From a virus: a DNA stretch of 64,000 nucleotides. Below, piece by piece: positions 16,863 to 25,950 of this stretch (the first letter of the stretch is position 1; every line of letters begins with the position of its first letter). The notes beneath the pieces are model-generated. The model did no database searches, was not told the origin of the DNA, and saw only the letters and a list, made by a program, of their open reading frames with translations. Location: the IMG/VR virus record IMGVR_UViG_3300021185_003284, positions 1 to 64,000 of that record. The stretch is one strand, 5' to 3'. The position numbers were made by a program, and so were the translations under genes.

Positions 16863-19381
16863 AAAAAAAGTACTACACAGTCCAAGATAAAGCGGACTTA
16901 AAATTATTACATCAGCATATTGTAGAATCTGATATACTTGCAGTCGATACAGAGACTACTGGTCTTAATCCTAGGAAGGATAAGATAGTAGGTTGGTCTG
17001 TTTCTGGTGATGAAGGTATAGGATTTTATCTTCCTACGTTAGTATGGAACTTTGATAAAGGAGAATTAGAGTTGCAAACTATCGATGGTACTTCTACTGA
17101 GACTATTTCCAGAAACTTACTTAACTTACTTAAAGGTAAAAAACTAGTATTCCATAACGCATCGTTTGATGTTCAATTTATTAAGAATTACTTAGGAGTT
17201 GATTTATTACCTGACGTATGGGTAGATACTGGATTACTAGTACATACTGTATTTGAAGAAGGAGCATTTGGTTTTGGTAACCCCTTTGGTTTAAAGTCTA
17301 TTGCTAAGATGAATCAGAAAGAGCTAGGTCTTGATATGGACAAAGCGGCTAATGATGAGCAAGTAGAATTGAAAGAGAGTATTAAAGGTAACGGAGGTTC
17401 TGTTACTAAAGATTTATATGAAATTTATAAAGCCGATCTTAGTATTCTTTCTAAGTATGCTTCTGCAGATACCGATTTAACATTACGTATATGTAATATG
17501 TACCTTAAAAAACTTGAAGAAGAAGGACTAACTAAATTCTTCTTTGAAGATGAGGTAATGCCAATCTATAGAGAAGTTACTGTTCCTATGGAAGCTTATG
17601 GAGTAGATTTAGATAATGACCTTATTGAAAAGATTCATAGTGAGATTGAAAAAGATCAGAAAGAGAATAAAGAGATTGTTATGAAATCCCTACTTGACTT
17701 AAGACAGGTTCAGGAATGGGTAATACATACTGCTACGTCTGCTTACCCTCCTAATCATAAAGGTACTTGGGCTCAGAGATTAATTAGCAGGTATTCATTA
17801 CCGTTACCTAAGTCTGAAAAGACAGGTAAGTATTCTATTACTCAAAAGAATATAGAGGAGTTAGAAGACTCTAACATTAAAGAGTTTCTTCTCACTGGTA
17901 ATTTAGAATTGATTGAGTTAAAAGAACAGGCTCGTATATCTATGGACTTGTGGAGAGAATCTAATGATGGAGATTATATTAATATTCAATCTAAGAAGCA
18001 TTTAGGTGAAATAGTTTTTCAATACCTAAAAGAAAAGCCTAAAACGTCAGGTGCTAATACCAAGTCAGGTAGAGATAAATTTGATATGACTATGGTAGAA
18101 GAGTTAGCTAAGAAGTATCCCTGGGCTGAAAACTTACGTATATATAATAAGTTACTTAAGATTAAATCTACCTACGTAGACAGGTTTAGAGACCGTCAGG
18201 AAGACGGTAAGTACTTCTTTTACTTTAAGCAGAACGGTACAGTATCTGGTCGTTATGGATCTGATGCTCAACAGCTACCTAAGCCTTTAGAAGAAGGAGA
18301 AGATGCTCCTATTATTATGAAGTATGTTAATATAGTTAGAGCTTTCCTGACTGCTGGTAAAGGTAGAAAAGTTATTGACTGTGATTACGAATCTCTAGAA
18401 CCTCACTGCTTTGCATCTGTATCAGGAGATAAAAAACTGCAAGAGATATTTGCTAATAATTGGGACTTTTATTCTTATGTAGCTATACAAACTGAAAATC
18501 TTGAAGGAGTATCTGCTGATAAAAAAGCTGATAACTATCTTAAGAAGTTAGATCCTGTAAAGAGAAATAAAGCTAAAGCTTATTCGTTAGGAGTTGCATA
18601 CGGTATGGAGGCATTTGCTTTAAAAATGACTTTAGGAGTAGAGCAGAATGTAGCTGAAGAGTTAATCAAAGGTTATCTAGAGGGATTCCCAGGATTAGCT
18701 AAATGGAGAGAGGATTCTAGATTACAAGTAGAAACTCATGGTAGAATTACTAATTATCTTGGCAGGATACGTCATTTACCTAAGGTGCAGAGAATACAAG
18801 AAGAGCACGGTACTTATATAGATAAGAAATCTGGTGATGTTAAATGTAATATACTAAACTGGAGATATAGACAAGATTGGCAAGATACTACTCTAACTGA
18901 AAAGTGGAGAGAAGAGACTTGGGATAAAATATCAGATGGGGATACTTGGGACTTAGAATCGTTTCATGAAATTATAGGAGCTCCTAAGGTAAAAGAGTCT
19001 ATGCCTCCTCAACAGATTAATCAAATGTATACCGATGCTTTTACTCGTTTTGTTAGAGATAAAGCTAAAGCTGAAGCTTTACAGACTTATAGAGATTATA
19101 GAAACGGTAGAAATAACTGCTTAAACTTTCAATTGCAATCATTAGCAGCTGCTGTAGTCAATAGAGCTGCTTTAAAGATTAATAGAAAAGCTAAAGAATT
19201 AGGTATCGATGCTATAGTGCAAGCACAGGTTCATGATCAACTTGTTGTTAACGTAGATGAGAAAGATGCTAAGATGTTCGCCCCTATAGTCCAAGAGTTA
19301 ATGGAGAATACTACAATACTACCTGGCGTAACTTTAAAAGCTCCTCCAGAGATAGCTAATAACTGGAAAGACGGTCACTAG
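16850..19381 (+). CDS. polA: DNA polymerase family A with 3'-5' exonuclease
   Basis: DTETTG, FHNASFD, YASAD exonuclease motifs; DYESLE (A), RNKAKAYSLGVAYG (B), QVHDQL (C). Confidence 0.95.
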   Translation: MANLEKKYYTVQDKADLKLLHQHIVESDILAVDTETTGLNPRKDKIVGWSVSGDEGIGFYLPTLVWNFDKGELELQTIDGTSTETISRNLLNLLKGKKLVFHNASFDVQFIKNYLGVDLLPDVWVDTGLLVHTVFEEGAFGFGNPFGLKSIAKMNQKELGLDMDKAANDEQVELKESIKGNGGSVTKDLYEIYKADLSILSKYASADTDLTLRICNMYLKKLEEEGLTKFFFEDEVMPIYREVTVPMEAYGVDLDNDLIEKIHSEIEKDQKENKEIVMKSLLDLRQVQEWVIHTATSAYPPNHKGTWAQRLISRYSLPLPKSEKTGKYSITQKNIEELEDSNIKEFLLTGNLELIELKEQARISMDLWRESNDGDYINIQSKKHLGEIVFQYLKEKPKTSGANTKSGRDKFDMTMVEELAKKYPWAENLRIYNKLLKIKSTYVDRFRDRQEDGKYFFYFKQNGTVSGRYGSDAQQLPKPLEEGEDAPIIMKYVNIVRAFLTAGKGRKVIDCDYESLEPHCFASVSGDKKLQEIFANNWDFYSYVAIQTENLEGVSADKKADNYLKKLDPVKRNKAKAYSLGVAYGMEAFALKMTLGVEQNVAEELIKGYLEGFPGLAKWREDSRLQVETHGRITNYLGRIRHLPKVQRIQEEHGTYIDKKSGDVKCNILNWRYRQDWQDTTLTEKWREETWDKISDGDTWDLESFHEIIGAPKVKESMPPQQINQMYTDAFTRFVRDKAKAEALQTYRDYRNGRNNCLNFQLQSLAAAVVNRAALKINRKAKELGIDAIVQAQVHDQLVVNVDEKDAKMFAPIVQELMENTTILPGVTLKAPPEIANNWKDGH

Positions 19382-19382
19382 A

Positions 19383-20402
19383 GTGTACAACCTTAAAGTT
19401 ACATATAAATCTAAAGTTACACTGGATATCAGACTACTTGATACACCGGCAGTTAGAAAATGGGTTTATTGCTTTCTTAAAAACAAGCCTTCAAATGATA
19501 TGGAAGCTACGAATGTCAAATGGGCATTGGACGGTAATTCTAAATCGAGCTCAGTATCCCAAAAAGATAAAAAAGATATTAGCATAAAATTAAATACTGC
19601 TATAAGCAATGTTAATAAAGCAATAAAAGGAAAGAAATTTCCACATTGGGCAAAACAAAAAATGACAATTGCTGAGACTCAGCTAATACACAGATGTTTC
19701 ACAACGGGAATCACCACACTTAAAGCTTGGAAGCATAACTGGGATCATAAACAATTGCTGCAGTTTAAGAGTATGAATTGGCCGGAAAAACGTCAAGCAT
19801 TTATTGATCTCGCTCCTAAGCAATTCGAAATTTTAGACCAAACAGTATTCGAAGAAAACTGTCACCTAATTAATGACCTTATACATCAATACGAACCGTC
19901 AATAGTCTTACCAAGGAGTATACAGAGTCTTAGTAAAAAAGAATCCGCAGATTACGTTTATGTTAAATTTATGAGAAAAGAAGCACAACACGTAACTTCA
20001 TTAACTCTTACGGTTAAGGAACTTCAATCATGTTTTCCTGGTGACTATGCGGATTACGATGTTCATATACATTCTTCTATTTTTGGGAAATCATATAGAG
20101 AAACTTATTTTGAAGAAGACCCTCCTATTGAATTTGACGTAACAAACGTTGAAAATATAGAAGGAGAGTTTTTATTCTTTACTCCTAGTCTTAATAAAAA
20201 CGAAGCAAATTATAAACGATGTGTAGATAACTCAGACTGGAGTAAATGGCTCGACGATACTAACATACCTTTCTATTTAACTAGGAACCCACCTTTAGGT
20301 AAGATAGTTGGTTGGACTAATCTAAAAGATAATTACGAAGAACGCACTAAACAATTACAAGGAGAAATAGAACATGTAGATGTAATATGGGAAGATAATT
20401 AA
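19383..20402 (+). CDS. hypothetical protein
   Basis: 339-aa ORF with no recognised motif. Confidence 0.7.
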   Translation: MYNLKVTYKSKVTLDIRLLDTPAVRKWVYCFLKNKPSNDMEATNVKWALDGNSKSSSVSQKDKKDISIKLNTAISNVNKAIKGKKFPHWAKQKMTIAETQLIHRCFTTGITTLKAWKHNWDHKQLLQFKSMNWPEKRQAFIDLAPKQFEILDQTVFEENCHLINDLIHQYEPSIVLPRSIQSLSKKESADYVYVKFMRKEAQHVTSLTLTVKELQSCFPGDYADYDVHIHSSIFGKSYRETYFEEDPPIEFDVTNVENIEGEFLFFTPSLNKNEANYKRCVDNSDWSKWLDDTNIPFYLTRNPPLGKIVGWTNLKDNYEERTKQLQGEIEHVDVIWEDN

Positions 20403-20526
20403 TATAATTTAATAGGTAGTTGGTTCGTTTAGTTTTTTTTCATATATTTATATTATATAAAGGTCGACTCGAGAGCGATTTTTTATTTTAACCCGATGAT
20501 CTTAGGACATCACAAAACATAATGAT

Positions 20527-20964
20527 ATGAGTACATTAATTTACGAACGTAATCCGTTCGACATTTTAGTCAGGAACTTCCTGCAAACAACAAATAGGTA
20601 TCAACCTATATCAGATTCAAAATTACCTCACCCAGTAGATATTTACGAAATTGAAAACGGCCTAGCTTTAGATATAGCTTGTACCGGTATTTCTAAAGAA
20701 GATATCGAAATTCTTATTGAAGGTAATATAATCAGAATAAATTACGATAAAGACAAAGACGACTGCCATTGTGCTCCAGAGTGCGATTGCAAAGACGTGT
20801 CTTATATACATAAAGGTATTGCTAAAAGATCCTTCAACTTAGGTTGGAAAATTGATAGTAAGTTTAACCTTTCTAAAGCATCGGCTGACTTTAAGAACGG
20901 TCTATTGCAAGTTATAATTCCTTTTGCTAAAGGATCAGAGCCAAAAACTCTGAAGATTAGCTAA
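20527..20964 (+). CDS. small heat-shock protein Hsp20
   Basis: PVDIYE, HKGIAKRSF, ADFKNGLLQV. Confidence 0.92.
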   Translation: MSTLIYERNPFDILVRNFLQTTNRYQPISDSKLPHPVDIYEIENGLALDIACTGISKEDIEILIEGNIIRINYDKDKDDCHCAPECDCKDVSYIHKGIAKRSFNLGWKIDSKFNLSKASADFKNGLLQVIIPFAKGSEPKTLKIS

Positions 20965-21057
20965 ATTTTAAGTTTTTTAGTTTTTTTTCGCTCTCGACGT
21001 TGGTCCTTTAATTAAATTTTCTTATATTAATTAATATTAAAAGTTATAAAATATTTT

Positions 21058-21402
21058 ATGGATAAAAAGTTATACCCAAAAAACGATCGAATACTGTTAA
21101 TACCTATAGACGAAGGTGAGCAGACATACGGTTCGATTGTAATCCCTGACATGGGGAAGGAAAAGCCTGAAATGGGCAAAGTTATTGCAGTTGGTCCTGG
21201 TAGACTATCTGAATATGGAAAAAACATTCCCGTTAGAACTTGTAGAGAAGGAGATATAGTACTTGTACCTAAAATTGGTACTTTGAGAATTGACTTTGAA
21301 GGTCAAGAGTATTATATTGCTCAAGATAGAGAAGTATTAGCGGTGATTAAAGAAGTAGAATCAGAACCAAAAACTAAAATAGATCCAGAGTACTATGACT
21401 AA
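21058..21402 (+). CDS. groES: co-chaperonin GroES
   Basis: PKNDRIL, IVIPD..KEKP..G.VIAVGPG. Confidence 0.93.
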   Translation: MDKKLYPKNDRILLIPIDEGEQTYGSIVIPDMGKEKPEMGKVIAVGPGRLSEYGKNIPVRTCREGDIVLVPKIGTLRIDFEGQEYYIAQDREVLAVIKEVESEPKTKIDPEYYD

Positions 21403-23038
21403 AAAGATTACATTTTCAGACGATGCTAGGAATAATCTAGCTGATGGAGTCGATAAACTAGCAAATGCAGTTACGGCAACCTTAGGACCTGCAGGACGAA
21501 ACGTTATTATAGAACAAGATATGGGTAACCCAGTATCTACTAAAGACGGAGTTACTGTAGCAAAATCAATTACATTAAAAAATAAAGTAGAGAACCTAGG
21601 AGCACAAATAGTTAAACAAGCAGCTATTAAAACAGCTGACTTAGCTGGAGATGGAACTACTACTTCAACATTATTAGCCCAATCTATACTTAATGAAGGA
21701 CTGGATAGGCTAAAAGCAGGATCAAATGCCGTAGACGTAAAGAGAGGTATTGAGAAAGCTGTTAAAATAATTGTAGAAGGACTACAAGAAGATTACTCTA
21801 AAGAAATCACGGACGAGGAACAGTTGAAACAGGTAGCCACCATTTCAGCTAATAATGATAAAGAAGTTGGTGAATTAATTTCCACTGCCATGGACAAAGT
21901 TGGTCAGGATGGAGTCGTAACAATTGAAGAATCTAAAACAGGAGAAACATATCTCGAAACAGTCGAAGGTATGCAATTCAATCGCGGTTATAAGTCTCCT
22001 TACTTCGTTACAGACAATAATACCATGTCAGCTGTTCTCTCGAATCCGTTAGTATTATTAATCGACAAAAGAGTTAGTGCTATTAAAGAGTTACTACCTA
22101 TCTTAGAAGGAGCTTCTCAGCAAAACAAATCATTACTAGTAATAGCAGATGATATAGAAGGAGAGGCACTATCTACTATGGTAGTTAATAAGATGAGAGG
22201 TATTTTGCCTGTAGTAGCAGTTAAAGCTCCTGAATTTGGTGATAGAAAAAAAGCAATGTTAGAAGATATAGCAGTGCTTACTGGTGCAACAGTCATATCT
22301 CCAGATAAAGGAATGAGGTTAGAAAAGTTCGATGCTAAATGGTTAGGTTCTTCCGGAAAGGTAACCGTTACAAAAGATACCTGTACTATAATCGATGCAA
22401 AAGGAGAAGAGTCAGTAATTACACAGAGGATTGAAGAAATCAAAACTCAAATAGATGAAAGCAATTCACCTTATGAAAAAGAAAAACTTCAAGATAGGTT
22501 AGCAAAATTTATGGGTGGCGTAGCTCTAGTTCATGTTGGAGGACATACTGAAGTTGAAATGAAAGAGAAAAAAGATAGAGTTGATGATGCTCTACATGCC
22601 ACCAAAGCTGCCTTGGAAGAAGGAATTTTACCTGGAGGAGGAGTAGCTTTACTTAACGCTTCTATGGAATTAGTACATACATTAAGTTCTTTTGATAGTG
22701 ATGATGAAAGATTAGGAGCTGATATAGTTATTAATGCTTGTGAAAGACCATTCTATACTATCTTATTAAATGCAGGTTATACTAATGATCAGATAGGAGA
22801 TATAGAAGAAGATTTAAAAACCAACTATGATAAATGGTCAGGTTATAATCCAAGAAACAAAAACATAGTTAATATGTTTGCAGAAGGAATAATCGATCCA
22901 ACTAAGGTAACGAGACTAGCCTTAGAAAATGCAGCATCAGTAGCAGGTACGTTACTTATTACTGAAGCAGTTGTCTCAAAAGGAAAAGAGAAAAAAGATA
23001 CAGCACCGGGAGTAGATCCTAATATGCTGTTAGGTTAA
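21395..23038 (+). CDS. groEL: chaperonin GroEL
   Basis: TLGPAGRNV, TKDGVTVAK, GDGTTT, GIIDPTKV. Confidence 0.98.
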   Translation: MTKKITFSDDARNNLADGVDKLANAVTATLGPAGRNVIIEQDMGNPVSTKDGVTVAKSITLKNKVENLGAQIVKQAAIKTADLAGDGTTTSTLLAQSILNEGLDRLKAGSNAVDVKRGIEKAVKIIVEGLQEDYSKEITDEEQLKQVATISANNDKEVGELISTAMDKVGQDGVVTIEESKTGETYLETVEGMQFNRGYKSPYFVTDNNTMSAVLSNPLVLLIDKRVSAIKELLPILEGASQQNKSLLVIADDIEGEALSTMVVNKMRGILPVVAVKAPEFGDRKKAMLEDIAVLTGATVISPDKGMRLEKFDAKWLGSSGKVTVTKDTCTIIDAKGEESVITQRIEEIKTQIDESNSPYEKEKLQDRLAKFMGGVALVHVGGHTEVEMKEKKDRVDDALHATKAALEEGILPGGGVALLNASMELVHTLSSFDSDDERLGADIVINACERPFYTILLNAGYTNDQIGDIEEDLKTNYDKWSGYNPRNKNIVNMFAEGIIDPTKVTRLALENAASVAGTLLITEAVVSKGKEKKDTAPGVDPNMLLG

Positions 23039-23057
23039 TTAACATTAAATTTAAAAG

Positions 23058-23228
23058 ATGAACAAAGAAGAATTATTCGAACAAATTGCAGAGCAATTTA
23101 ACGTACTAGCTGAAAATAATAGCGGAAGTACAAAAGCTTCTCAAGCAAGAGCTAGAAAAGCAGCAGGAGAAATTAAGAAATTAATTACCCCTTATAAGAA
23201 AGCCAATATGGAGGCTACAAAATCCTAG
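23058..23228 (+). CDS. small basic protein, histone H1-like Hc1 type (56 aa), not in ORF track
   Basis: MNKEELFEQI...GSTKASQARARKAAGEIKKLITPYKK. Confidence 0.65.
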   Translation: MNKEELFEQIAEQFNVLAENNSGSTKASQARARKAAGEIKKLITPYKKANMEATKS

Positions 23229-23302
23229 AGAAGCAATTCTCATATAAAAAGGTTAGGGGTTCGATTCCCCTTTCCTTTTCTACGTTAATTAAATACGTAA
23301 TT

Positions 23303-24130
23303 ATGAATAAATCAATTTTTATTTTAATGTTTATACTTGCTGGTGTAAGTGTAAGCTGTGAGAAATCAGACTGGTTCTCACCTGAAGATGTTCAAGAAAT
23401 TAGAAGTAGTTATCAAGCACAAATTAATGAGCTTACTATTTCTAAAAATGAGTTAACTACTCAAACAACATCTTTAACAGAGCAGATTGACGATTTAAAT
23501 GCTACGATTACTGCATTGGGAGTAACTTCTGATGACCAAGTAGCCGAAATCGCCACTCTAACTACATCTGTAACAACTCTGACAGATCAGATTGCTACTT
23601 TAGATGCAGAAATAGTGACTCTTAACGCTACAATTACAGCGAATGGGAGTTCAACTACTGACTTAAATGCACAAATTACTACATTAACTTCACAAGTAAC
23701 TAGCCTTACAGCAAACGCAGTTACTCTACAAGCATCAATAGATGCAGCAGAAGCTGATGTTTTAGTTTTACAGCAATTCAAAGATTTAAGACATAAAGTC
23801 GATGCAATGGTTGCAGCTACTATCTCAGATACAAATCTGAATAAAGCTATAGACTCTGTATCGATTGGATTAACTTCAACAAGTATAACTCCAGCAACTC
23901 TTAAAGGATTAATTACAGCAGAATCTAATTGGGTTTTTAATAACGCAGTTAAATCTGGTACTGTATCAATGACTACAGCAGCAAGTTCATTTTATGATAC
24001 TTCAACTGATACTAACGTTGTAAACTTTAGAACATTAGTAACAGAAATGACAGCAGCATGGGATGCAGCTAAAGAGTCAAAATTCATTTTATGGTGGATT
24101 GAATTTATAAAAGAGTTCGAGAACTTATAA
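23303..24130 (+). CDS. coiled-coil lipoprotein
   Basis: Lipobox VSVSC, Thr-rich heptad repeats. Confidence 0.7.
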   Translation: MNKSIFILMFILAGVSVSCEKSDWFSPEDVQEIRSSYQAQINELTISKNELTTQTTSLTEQIDDLNATITALGVTSDDQVAEIATLTTSVTTLTDQIATLDAEIVTLNATITANGSSTTDLNAQITTLTSQVTSLTANAVTLQASIDAAEADVLVLQQFKDLRHKVDAMVAATISDTNLNKAIDSVSIGLTSTSITPATLKGLITAESNWVFNNAVKSGTVSMTTAASSFYDTSTDTNVVNFRTLVTEMTAAWDAAKESKFILWWIEFIKEFENL

Positions 24131-24200
24131 AAGCATGGACGAGGGGGTGAGGGGGCGTTTTTCTCTCTCTCCTCCGAAGGAGCCACGCGCGAATTTAACT

Positions 24201-24228
24201 AACCCTTCCCTAATCGGAGGGGTTTTTT
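24201..24228 (+). terminator. intrinsic terminator
   Basis: AACCCTTCC-ctaatc-GGAGGGGTT followed by a T run. Confidence 0.75.
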
Positions 24229-24280
24229 ATTGGGTAATAGTTGCATATTCGAGATATTATTCATATATTGTGGTAAATTA

Positions 24281-24388
24281 GTTAAGGTAAGAAAGTCGGT
24301 AAGGAGTAGTCCGGCGTCAAGTACCCCAATAGCGTAAAAGAAATTTCCGGTAATCTTAAATGCATCCGGTTGCAGTACACTTCTTAAC
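24281..24388 (+). ncRNA. candidate ~110-nt small RNA
   Basis: Own promoter (24241) and terminator (24396), no ORF, terminal helix GTTAAGG/TCTTAAC. Confidence 0.4.
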
Positions 24389-24395
24389 AGTATAA

Positions 24396-24420
24396 GCCCG
24401 GCAGACGTGCCGGGTTTTTT
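24396..24420 (+). terminator. intrinsic terminator
   Basis: CCCGGCA-gacg-TGCCGGG-TTTTTT. Confidence 0.85.
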
Positions 24421-24513
24421 ATTGGAGATATATGGCCATATTGTTGCTTATAAAAAGTTTAATTCTTATATTTATTAATATGACAGAATTTACTTACTTC
24501 AATGAAGAGTGGA

Positions 24514-24645
24514 ATGATGAAAAAATTAGAAAAGGTAATATTGACAAGGGAAGAGTGGCACCATGCGTTGGTCATGCCTACGCCAGTGAAGAACAAGAAG
24601 AAATATACCAGAACAGTAAAACACAAAAATGATAAATCATCTTAA
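24514..24645 (+). CDS. small basic protein, ArfA-like C-terminus (43 aa), not in ORF track
   Basis: MMKKLEKVILTREEWHHALVMPTPVKNKKKYTRTVKHK; downstream of the 24444 promoter. Confidence 0.5.
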   Translation: MMKKLEKVILTREEWHHALVMPTPVKNKKKYTRTVKHKNDKSS

Positions 24646-24934
24646 AAAGTACTTAGGGTGGTATGTAGTTATACCAACAGTCTATCTAATATTAGCAGGA
24701 GAATCCGAAATGTGGTTCGTGCTCATTATATGTCTTTTAAAAATGCCACCATTTGATTGGGTGGGTAGATATGAGTCATGGTTAGCTAAGAAAATGAAAA
24801 TCGAAGAAAGAAGTGAGAAGATATCGACATGGAGGTCAAAACAATCCGTGCCGGTTAAGATAGTTCTTACTATAGTTGGTATAATAGTTTTAATTTTATG
24901 GGCATTATATATGCCTGAATGTGAGTTATGTTAG
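24629..24934 (+). CDS. membrane protein
   Basis: About 3 hydrophobic segments; ends CELC. Confidence 0.65.
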   Translation: MINHLKKYLGWYVVIPTVYLILAGESEMWFVLIICLLKMPPFDWVGRYESWLAKKMKIEERSEKISTWRSKQSVPVKIVLTIVGIIVLILWALYMPECELC

Positions 24935-25410
24935 AAAAATTTATTAAGGAAGTGCCCGACTTTCCAAAAAAAGGGATAATCTATAAAGACATACAGCCTT
25001 TACTTGAAGATGCAGGTGCTTTCAAGCACAGCATAGTAGGAATGAAACAACTATGCAATTTTGTAGGAGTTGACTATTGGGTAGGTATAGAATCTAGAGG
25101 GTTTATATTTGCAGCAGCTATTGCTGATCATTCTTATGATGGTTTTAAAATGATACGTAAAGCTGGAAAGCTTCCTAATCAAAAAAATCTTGTATCCTTT
25201 CAGTACGATCTAGAATATGGTTCTGATACTATTGAAATGAAAAAAGGAAAAGGAAATGTTATAATAGTAGATGATGTTTATGCTACCGGAGGAACTATGC
25301 AAGCTGCAAAAGAGCTTTGTGTGCAAGCGGGTTACACCGTACTAGATACAGTATGCTTACTTGATATCGGATTAGTAAAAGATCATGATACAAAAGTTTT
25401 AATAAAATAA
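24928..25410 (+). CDS. apt: adenine phosphoribosyltransferase
   Basis: PDFPKKGIIYKDI, GIESRGF, RKAGKLP, VDDVYATGGT. Confidence 0.95.
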   Translation: MLEKFIKEVPDFPKKGIIYKDIQPLLEDAGAFKHSIVGMKQLCNFVGVDYWVGIESRGFIFAAAIADHSYDGFKMIRKAGKLPNQKNLVSFQYDLEYGSDTIEMKKGKGNVIIVDDVYATGGTMQAAKELCVQAGYTVLDTVCLLDIGLVKDHDTKVLIK

Positions 25411-25950
25411 ATGAGCAAAATATTATTAGTTTCAGCTACTGACTTGGAGCACGGTCAGACTGAGTTACATGGAGTGCCTATACACATTATAGGTATAGGT
25501 AAAGTAAACGCAGCAGTAAATACAACTAGACTTATCAAAGAATACGATCCAGATATCGTAGTTAATTTTGGTTCCTGCGGTAGCGTTCAAGATCATAAAG
25601 TAGGAGATGTCTTAGAAGTAGGTACAGCTGTATATGATTTTGATGGCGGAGGTACAGTAGAATTTGAACCTATTACATTCAATGAAAAAGCAAATAAAAC
25701 CTGCTTTACTACGGATTCATTCTACAATAAATCAAGCAGTCAATATACAAATCAATACCTAAGACTTATAGAGACTTGTGATGTAGTTGATATGGAATTA
25801 TATTCTATAGCAGTTAGTTGCCTCTTCGAAGAAAAATCCTTATATTGTTATAAATGGGTTAGTGATGATGGTGATCCATCTCATTGGCTAGAGAATGCAG
25901 CTTTAGGCTTCGAAAATTTTAAAGAAATATTTAAATCAAAGTTTTTATGA
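25411..25950 (+). CDS. mtnN: MTA/SAH nucleosidase (PNP/UDP family)
   Basis: GIGKVNAA, NFGSCG, VDME, KWVSD. Confidence 0.85.
   Translation: MSKILLVSATDLEHGQTELHGVPIHIIGIGKVNAAVNTTRLIKEYDPDIVVNFGSCGSVQDHKVGDVLEVGTAVYDFDGGGTVEFEPITFNEKANKTCFTTDSFYNKSSSQYTNQYLRLIETCDVVDMELYSIAVSCLFEEKSLYCYKWVSDDGDPSHWLENAALGFENFKEIFKSKFL

Noticed and set aside
18782-19123. Intein or intron in polA
   Set aside because: The insert is in frame and lacks Cys/Ser start and His-Asn end motifs
23247-23279. Second tRNA gene
   Set aside because: Only a T-arm-like hairpin; no cloverleaf
24432-24632. 66-aa ORF from the track
   Set aside because: It starts upstream of and spans the 24444 promoter; the alternative frame 24514-24645 is more protein-like, though a 24480 start cannot be excluded
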